Below, in pieces: positions 57,785-64,000 of a stretch of DNA of 64,000 nucleotides. The translations under genes were made by a program, and so were the position numbers. The first letter of the stretch is position 1, and each line of letters starts with the position of its first letter. The stretch comes from a virus. The stretch lies in the IMG/VR virus record IMGVR_UViG_3300026136_000008, one strand, 5' to 3'. The notes under the pieces are model-generated. The model worked only from the letters and a program-made list of their open reading frames with translations. It was not told the origin of the DNA and searched no databases.

Positions 57785-59035
57785 TCATAATATAGTGTCA
57801 ATGTACATAGCCTTATATGTTTTTGGTAGCATTGTTTCTACTGATTGCTCTCGCCATTCATCTAATAATTCAGTTGTTCTATAATAGATTCTTTTATCAT
57901 CCTGTTTTGGCTCAGAATGATTATTTAAATATTCAAGAAAAGCTTCTGACATTTCAATAATTTCATCTGTACCATATCTAAAAAACATATTATCTATAAA
58001 TTCTTGAATATCTTTTTTTAATTTGTGTTTATTTTCTTCAGGGAGATTTCCTATTTGGTATTCAGACGGACCATATATATAATTTGTTTTAACCGTTCCG
58101 CATAAATGTGCTTTTTCGCCCACTATTTCATTAATAGTCTCTAACCACCATTCAGCGGTTTCTACAAAATAATTTGCATTCATTAACGACCATGTTGGTG
58201 CCCATGAAACTTGTATATTGCTTATATTTTCCTTCATAAACTGAAGCCATGTTCTAGCAGATTTTTCTACTGTATCCCACTTAGAATTATGTCTCGTATA
58301 TTCTTGTACCGAACCTGTGCCATCTATACTCATGAATATTTGGCAATGTTTAAATTTTTTTAATAAATCTAAGTGTCTCTTTTTAGGAACCCAACTTGCA
58401 TTAGTAAATATAAACATTCTAACATTTGTAGGATCAAATCTATTTGCAAATTTAAACCAATCCGGATGTAGCATTGGTTCTCCGCCAGTAATTTTGAGAT
58501 ATTCTAAATCTTTAAAATCATCATCTTCCCATTCTCTTTCAATATTCAATCTTTTCTTTGTGACACTAACAGCTAATCCTTCATGTACATATTTCTCTAA
58601 TCTTTTATTATCATCTAACCATGAATGAGATAAATCACTATCACAAGTTCTACATGCTAAATTACAATAATTACCAAAGGTTATTTCAACAAAATTTAAT
58701 TTTGGATTTACAATATCCGGCTCTGTCATCCAATCATTTCCATACCATGACTGAAGTTCTTTTGTGCGCATACTATCATATCCATTTTTTTCTGCGTAAT
58801 AACAAGTGGCACACCCTGCAACTTCCTCACCCTTTTTCATCTTTAGTTGTATATCTTTTATATTAGGATGCTGTAGATAATCTGATAATTTATCAAACTC
58901 GTTTATATTTGGAAGTTCCCACCCTTCAGGCATTTTACTCTTATTAAACCCGCAACACACTTGAGCTTTATTTGTTGGGTGAATATATATGTGGTTAAAA
59001 GGTAATGGACAAAATGTTTTAGAAATAGTTTTCAT
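57785..59035 (-). CDS. Radical SAM protein with N-terminal SPASM/twitch-like domain
   Basis: 'CNLACRTC', 'TGGEP', N-terminal 'CPLPF..CC...C..C'. Confidence 0.88.
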   Translation of the reverse strand: MKTISKTFCPLPFNHIYIHPTNKAQVCCGFNKSKMPEGWELPNINEFDKLSDYLQHPNIKDIQLKMKKGEEVAGCATCYYAEKNGYDSMRTKELQSWYGNDWMTEPDIVNPKLNFVEITFGNYCNLACRTCDSDLSHSWLDDNKRLEKYVHEGLAVSVTKKRLNIEREWEDDDFKDLEYLKITGGEPMLHPDWFKFANRFDPTNVRMFIFTNASWVPKKRHLDLLKKFKHCQIFMSIDGTGSVQEYTRHNSKWDTVEKSARTWLQFMKENISNIQVSWAPTWSLMNANYFVETAEWWLETINEIVGEKAHLCGTVKTNYIYGPSEYQIGNLPEENKHKLKKDIQEFIDNMFFRYGTDEIIEMSEAFLEYLNNHSEPKQDDKRIYYRTTELLDEWREQSVETMLPKTYKAMYIDTIL

Positions 59036-59819
59036 CTAGCATTCCTCTATCTAGTAAACGCTGTTTAATTCTGTCGCGTGTCATCATCTCCATCCATTGG
59101 TGATCTTCTATGATAGGTAACTCGTGTTTAATTTGTAACATCTTATCAAATGGTATATTCGTAGAATCTTCTTCTGTTCTTGATAGAGGCAAAGTTGATC
59201 CATCACCAAATACATATGGTTGTTGATTTCTAAAAACACCTATTCCTGTTTCTTTTTTAAGAATAAAAAATTCTCTCTTTAATGCTAGAATATCAAACAT
59301 TACTCTCCATGTTGTACCGCATCTTGGTCTTAATTTATTATCAGGTAAAGGATAAATTGCATGATCTTTTGTAGGAGGAAGCAAGTCATGTATGAATATC
59401 ATACCGCCTTTTCTTAAAAACATTAATGAATTTGAGAAATCTCTTAATACTTGTTTATGCTCGTGATCGCCATCAATAAATATAACATCGAATTTTTCTA
59501 AATTAATTTTAAAAAAATCATCTGAAGTCATACGAAGTGTACCACCAGATTTTGGATCTACACCAACTTTATGCTCTGCTTTAACGTTATCAAAACACTC
59601 ATTATATGCACATCCTATTTCTAAATACGATTTAAATTTATATTGGCTAAGTGCAAAGTTAATTAATTTTACTCTTGATGGTATCATTGTTTTAATATGT
59701 TCTTTATATTCATCATCACCTTCTTGTTTTGCGAAAAAATCATTATTTTGTTTACGTTCCCAGTATGTTTGTGCATTATCTTCACACCATTTTATAAATT
59801 TATTTTTATTGACTATCAT
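59019..59819 (-). CDS. Class I SAM methyltransferase (Methyltransf_24-like)
   Basis: 'YLEIG', 'TSDDFF', 'FIDGDH', 'HD..P'. Confidence 0.8.
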   Translation of the reverse strand: MIVNKNKFIKWCEDNAQTYWERKQNNDFFAKQEGDDEYKEHIKTMIPSRVKLINFALSQYKFKSYLEIGCAYNECFDNVKAEHKVGVDPKSGGTLRMTSDDFFKINLEKFDVIFIDGDHEHKQVLRDFSNSLMFLRKGGMIFIHDLLPPTKDHAIYPLPDNKLRPRCGTTWRVMFDILALKREFFILKKETGIGVFRNQQPYVFGDGSTLPLSRTEEDSTNIPFDKMLQIKHELPIIEDHQWMEMMTRDRIKQRLLDRGMLDENYF

Positions 59820-61021
59820 TTAAAATAATCTTTCATACCGCCTTCTCTATATGTATCTAATGTTAAACAATGCAGACCTCCATCCCAAAAATTCCTATGT
59901 CTAAATCTGCAGTATACTGCTTCAACTCCATGTTGCTTCAATTTGTCATGTACTTCTTTTTGATAGTTTAAAGATAGACTTACATTTTCATTTACCGCAA
60001 GCATATTTACTTCGAACAATGTTTCTTCTGCTTTTCCAACCCATTCACTACACCATCTATCTATAAAGCTTACAAGATCTGGATTCTCTTTAGCTTCTGG
60101 ATGCCACCATCTTCCATTAGTTATTCCTTTTTCTTTTTTCCAATCTACATTATCTTCCCATTTCATATAATTAGGATGTTCTATTCTTAATACATCCCAT
60201 CCAGGCAACGTATCTTTAAAGTGGCCTTTTCCTAACCACGGACCACAAACAACTAAGCCTGGTTTTGGTAAATTCATTGAACCATCATTATGACCACCAA
60301 TTGCTGTATTTGCACCTTCATATTGCGGGTATCTATCTAATAAAAAATCTGCAAGATTAGACCAATCTTCTTGGTCAATAATAAGCCTATTACCTACACG
60401 ATGTACGGCTGGTGCCCAGAATCCCCATGTGTGATTCCTCATCTTTTCGGTACGGCCAGTTGGTTTGAGAGGCCCTAAAGGTTCATTCCATTTTTCAGGA
60501 TCTAATAGCTTACCATTAGAATCTACTTTATATTTATTCTTACGATATTCATGTATAGCATCTTGAAATGGCAAATCAAGTACTGCAGGATTAAATATTC
60601 CACCGTTTACATCTACTTCATCATGCCACATATGATCACAATATACTATCTTATCACCAAGGGTTATAAAATCATCACGCGGTGTAAGACATGGTTTAGG
60701 TATACCTATGACACCTTCTCTTCTTTCATGTTCTACATATTCACCAAAACTTAAATAGTTACCACCTTTTGATCCGAGTGCACTAACACGATTAGGAGGC
60801 ATGCGTACTACATCAACACCCATATCCTCTAATGTCTTTTGAATATTATCTAAATCTTGATGTGTTTCAAATAATATTTTTTGCATGAGATCACGAAGCT
60901 TATGATCACGTATATCTTCAAAAAACTCTGGTGTGAATACATTACCAAGTACAACTTGTTTTAATGGATCCCATCCATTATATGCATTTGCCTTATTTAC
61001 TTTATATTGATTCGAATCCAT
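59816..61021 (-). CDS. Amidinotransferase (glycine/inosamine-phosphate type)
   Basis: 'WDPLKQV.LG', 'PRD', 'HNDG', 'VNML', 'GGLHCLT'. Confidence 0.85.
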   Translation of the reverse strand: MDSNQYKVNKANAYNGWDPLKQVVLGNVFTPEFFEDIRDHKLRDLMQKILFETHQDLDNIQKTLEDMGVDVVRMPPNRVSALGSKGGNYLSFGEYVEHERREGVIGIPKPCLTPRDDFITLGDKIVYCDHMWHDEVDVNGGIFNPAVLDLPFQDAIHEYRKNKYKVDSNGKLLDPEKWNEPLGPLKPTGRTEKMRNHTWGFWAPAVHRVGNRLIIDQEDWSNLADFLLDRYPQYEGANTAIGGHNDGSMNLPKPGLVVCGPWLGKGHFKDTLPGWDVLRIEHPNYMKWEDNVDWKKEKGITNGRWWHPEAKENPDLVSFIDRWCSEWVGKAEETLFEVNMLAVNENVSLSLNYQKEVHDKLKQHGVEAVYCRFRHRNFWDGGLHCLTLDTYREGGMKDYFK

Positions 61022-61472
61022 CTATTGTCCACCTGTCATCTATCCATGCTACTGGATTCATTACCTCAAATCCATCTATTTTTTGTTTATACTCATCAGC
61101 TCCGCCGATATACAAGTATTTATAACCTAATTCTTTATATATTGCACACTCGTTACGTAAGCTCTTTATACCTAAATGTAATTTAGGATTAGCATAGTCC
61201 CAAGCAAATTGATAACACTCAGCGTTATGTTCATCAAATTCAGCTATCATACTAAATGCTACAAGTACATCTCCATCATAATATCCTATTACCGTATTCT
61301 CTTTAAACTCAATATCAAACAAAGGCATAACACTATTGAATTTGTGATAATTACAGTACTTGTAATATATTTCTCTTAGCTGATTAGGGTCTGGATTAAG
61401 TAGTATTTCATGCGAACCTATTTTTTTATACTTTGTTTTTTCTAAATTAATTCTTGCATAGGAGTAACTCAT
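61002..61472 (-). CDS. ATE1/Bpt-like aminoacyl-tRNA transferase (GNAT C-terminal domain)
   Basis: 'YYDG..LVA', 'WDY....LHLG..S', 'G.KYLY.G....YK'. Confidence 0.6.
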   Translation of the reverse strand: MSYSYARINLEKTKYKKIGSHEILLNPDPNQLREIYYKYCNYHKFNSVMPLFDIEFKENTVIGYYDGDVLVAFSMIAEFDEHNAECYQFAWDYANPKLHLGIKSLRNECAIYKELGYKYLYIGGADEYKQKIDGFEVMNPVAWIDDRWTIDGFESI

Positions 61473-61933
61473 CCCACAAATCTCCAAGACACAACATCAT
61501 TTAAATTTTCTACTGACCAGTTAGCATAGTATCCTCTGTCTTTAAGGATATTGCTAGCCTCATTAATTGCACTTAGTCTCTGTACTAGTACTAATATACA
61601 TTTACCAAAATTCATCTTCGCGCCATTAATAATTTCTTCATCATGCGGATGATCTTCTAATGCAACAATATCCATAGCCATTGCGTTATGATTAAATTCT
61701 GTTACAATATCAGATAACTCTTTTGGTGTATAATTTTTAGTGGGGGTATAGAGACATACTACTTGATAATCATCATTAAAATCTGTACTGTAATCCTCAA
61801 GAGACTTGCGGATGTCATTAGTTTTAACATAATTGATTAATGCGTTTCGTGCATATGGACATGGTACAGTGCCAAGTTTTTCGTTATGAACAGATACGAA
61901 TTTATCTATCCATTTTTCGATTGATTTTTGCAT
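61469..61933 (-). CDS. DUF1415-like protein
   Basis: 'W...FV......PCPYA', 'DHP'. Confidence 0.55.
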   Translation of the reverse strand: MQKSIEKWIDKFVSVHNEKLGTVPCPYARNALINYVKTNDIRKSLEDYSTDFNDDYQVVCLYTPTKNYTPKELSDIVTEFNHNAMAMDIVALEDHPHDEEIINGAKMNFGKCILVLVQRLSAINEASNILKDRGYYANWSVENLNDVVSWRFVG

Positions 61934-61948
61934 AATATAAGTGCCTCA

Positions 61949-62401
61949 TTATAAAAATTGGTAATAGGAATATTTGAAATTAACAACAGCCGTAAGATAT
62001 TCTACATCGGTTGTGGTGATATCAAATGGTAGGGACGAAATCATTGTCGGGTAAGCGTCCACAAATTTGATTTGTTTTGTGACATTATTTGCTGAATTCA
62101 TAATAGTAAGCGTCAAGTCACGTGTAGCATTAGTTGAATGATTAGATTCAACATTACTCTTTATCCAATCAAAGATCTCTTTATAGTTTAAAAGATCTTC
62201 GTCAATTAGATATGATATCTCAAATGAACCAAATACTATTTTATCTGATGGTATTCCAGCGTCAATCTGTTTAAATGGTAAAGGAGCGCCGTCCGCAGAT
62301 ACATCCGGAAGGATCATTGTTTGAATCGTAAATTCTGCACCAGAATAGGTTTGACTATCTAATGTTAAAACGAACGATGATGGATTTAAAAAGTTTGGCA
62401 T
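61949..62401 (-). CDS. gp3: Tail tube terminator / tail completion protein gp3
   Basis: 'NFLNP..F', 'F....LIDEDL.NY.EI..W', 'F..AYP','F.YSYY'; late promoter upstream. Confidence 0.85.
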   Translation of the reverse strand: MPNFLNPSSFVLTLDSQTYSGAEFTIQTMILPDVSADGAPLPFKQIDAGIPSDKIVFGSFEISYLIDEDLLNYKEIFDWIKSNVESNHSTNATRDLTLTIMNSANNVTKQIKFVDAYPTMISSLPFDITTTDVEYLTAVVNFKYSYYQFL

Positions 62402-62402
62402 A

Positions 62403-63239
62403 CTATATATTTATAAGGTTCCTATACTCTGTTATTAATTGTTTTTTATTTGGTAATGGATCTTCTTGTATTGCTATTAATAATTTATCGTATTCTTCTT
62501 CATCACCTTCTAATAACTTTCCTATATCTAAATACAGTACTAAGTCTCCTCCTGGCACACCGTATGGTTTAATTTTATCTAAATATGCTGACCATGTTTC
62601 CCACTTCTCTGCCCAATTGTTTCTAGTTAAAGTGTGATTTTTCGGATGCATAAAAGGTGCATTTTTATTATAGTCTAAATATCTCATCCACCTATCTAAA
62701 AGATTATCAAATAATGTACTACGGATAACAGGAAGTATTACTTTTTTAGGATTCATTACTCTCATAACATAATTATATTCGGCCTGATCAATCATAACTT
62801 CATTATAATGAAGTTCGTGATTAGGTAATACCTTTAGAAAGTCTTTTGTGGCATTTTCCCTTTTAGCCAAAACTTTTGGATCTCCAAAAGTAGCTCTACC
62901 CATTGGGGACATTCTTACTTCTATTGTTTCTTCATGATTATACCAATCAGAACCGTAACATCCTACATCTATGCCACCTTCTTTTACATTAATATCATAC
63001 TTAGGAAAACTGTCATGTTGATTGACAAAAAAAGTTAACCATGATCCACATTGCCCAGCCCTATATAAACACAGATAATATTCCATATTTTCACTATAAC
63101 CTTTAAATTTATCTAAATGGTGCTTACGAAACTCTAAATACTGATTTGCACGCAACTTATTTTTTGAGTCTGTATTATCGCGATAATACTTTAAGCTTTC
63201 AGTAGTATGGCCTTCAAATTTATAGTTTTGTTTTTCCAT
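62403..63239 (-). CDS. Hypothetical (possibly sulfotransferase-like P-loop fold)
   Basis: 'YRAGQCGSWL..F.NQH'; own late promoter at 63249-63256. Confidence 0.55.
   Translation of the reverse strand: MEKQNYKFEGHTTESLKYYRDNTDSKNKLRANQYLEFRKHHLDKFKGYSENMEYYLCLYRAGQCGSWLTFFVNQHDSFPKYDINVKEGGIDVGCYGSDWYNHEETIEVRMSPMGRATFGDPKVLAKRENATKDFLKVLPNHELHYNEVMIDQAEYNYVMRVMNPKKVILPVIRSTLFDNLLDRWMRYLDYNKNAPFMHPKNHTLTRNNWAEKWETWSAYLDKIKPYGVPGGDLVLYLDIGKLLEGDEEEYDKLLIAIQEDPLPNKKQLITEYRNLINI
62408..62415 (-). promoter_or_regulatory. Late promoter TATAAATA for gp3
   Basis: Exact consensus 6 nt upstream of ATG. Confidence 0.75.
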
Positions 63240-63257
63240 AATAAAATTTATTTATAA

Positions 63258-63286
63258 TAAAAAAAATCCCCCAATGAAGGGGGATC
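63258..63286 (-). terminator. Rho-independent terminator after gp23
   Basis: ATCCCCC-TTCATT-GGGGGAT followed by a T run. Confidence 0.88.
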
Positions 63287-63305
63287 TTCTTGTGTACCTA
63301 AAAAA

Positions 63306-64000
63306 TTACAGGTTAGTAACCTTACGTTTTCTGTAGTATACGTTGTTACCAGCTCCAGCAGTAACGAACGGATTGTCCGCAATACCGTAACGAGTTTTGA
63401 ATCCGATTCTTGGTTGGAAATCATTCTCACCAATTGTCTTCATCATGCTTAATGGAACATACGGGCAGTAGAACATACCAGCGTCATATGGGTTTGCACC
63501 CTTATAACCAACTGTGAAGTAGTCTACAGCAGCATATGGATCAATGTAAACAGCAATGTTACCGTTTAAAGTACCAGCTCTAAGTGAACCAGTTACATCA
63601 GAATCCATTTGTTGAGCACCTAGTGCACCCATGCCAGTATCCATAACGCCAGCAGCATTTAGAGCCGCAGCAACGTTGTTAGATACCATTACCCAGTTAC
63701 CCTTACCGCGACGAGTGTCAACAGCAATTTTGTTAGCTTCGTGCTCAATTGCTTGAACAAGAGCTTTGTAACGCTCAATTGACCAACGAGCACCACCGTT
63801 ATCAGTAGCGTTAGTTGCATTCCATGTACCAGCAGATGCACCACGAGTAGATGTCTTAGAATTAACGTTTACTAAACGGATAATCTCACGATTCATTTCA
63901 GCCAAGATTTCAGTTGAAAGGATGTTCGCAAGCTCTGTCTCAGCAGAAAGACCGTGAATAGCTTTAAGGTCTTGTGCTAATTCAGTTGTGTACTCAGCTT
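63306..64000 (-). CDS. gp23: Major capsid protein gp23, 3' part (truncated by window edge)
   Basis: 'ELAQDLKAIHG', 'EMNREII', 'TRRGKGN', 'FYCPYVPL', 'FQPRIGFKTRYG'. Confidence 0.98.
   Translation of the reverse strand, partial: AEYTTELAQDLKAIHGLSAETELANILSTEILAEMNREIIRLVNVNSKTSTRGASAGTWNATNATDNGGARWSIERYKALVQAIEHEANKIAVDTRRGKGNWVMVSNNVAAALNAAGVMDTGMGALGAQQMDSDVTGSLRAGTLNGNIAVYIDPYAAVDYFTVGYKGANPYDAGMFYCPYVPLSMMKTIGENDFQPRIGFKTRYGIADNPFVTAGAGNNVYYRKRKVTNL

Noticed and set aside
888-62637. All plus-strand ORFs and nested alternative-frame minus ORFs in the track
   Set aside because: They overlap well-supported minus-strand genes and lack motifs or SD sequences; typical antisense or frame shadows

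Overview
A 64 kb, AT-rich segment of a large T4-like (Tevenvirinae-related) myovirus genome, with essentially all genes on the minus strand. The phage is probably marine, and the host is probably a proteobacterium (IscU, IscA, ErpA, IbpA-type Hsp20 and a porin). The window runs from the 3' part of the major capsid gene (gp23) through the replication, recombination and transcription core (gp3, uvsY, uvsW, gp55, gp47/46, gp45/44/62, regA, gp43, uvsX, gp41, nrdA/B/C, rnh, gp33, gp59), with many accessory insertions. Main observations: (1) a circularly permuted two-piece tmRNA with tag (A)GNQNDYLLAA, missed by the ORF track; (2) a late-promoter-driven array of proteins with T4-like capsid-targeting N-termini, containing a KxDG ligase-like protein, a P-loop kinase, a nucleotidyltransferase and a nuclease-like protein, which may be a virion-injected repair or counter-defence kit; (3) a dCMP-type hydroxymethylase linked to aGPT-Pplase-like, PLP-dependent and SGNH-like genes, suggesting a non-glucosyl cytosine hypermodification; (4) a 34-bp element in three copies directly upstream of early promoters; (5) a phage-specific GTATGTAC promoter class with a single antisense copy followed by a palindrome and a G-tract (candidate R-loop origin); (6) a ROSE-like thermometer on hsp20; (7) an amidinotransferase / ATE-like / radical SAM cassette, a TctAC transporter and a porin. 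All calls come from motif reading only; no searches were run.
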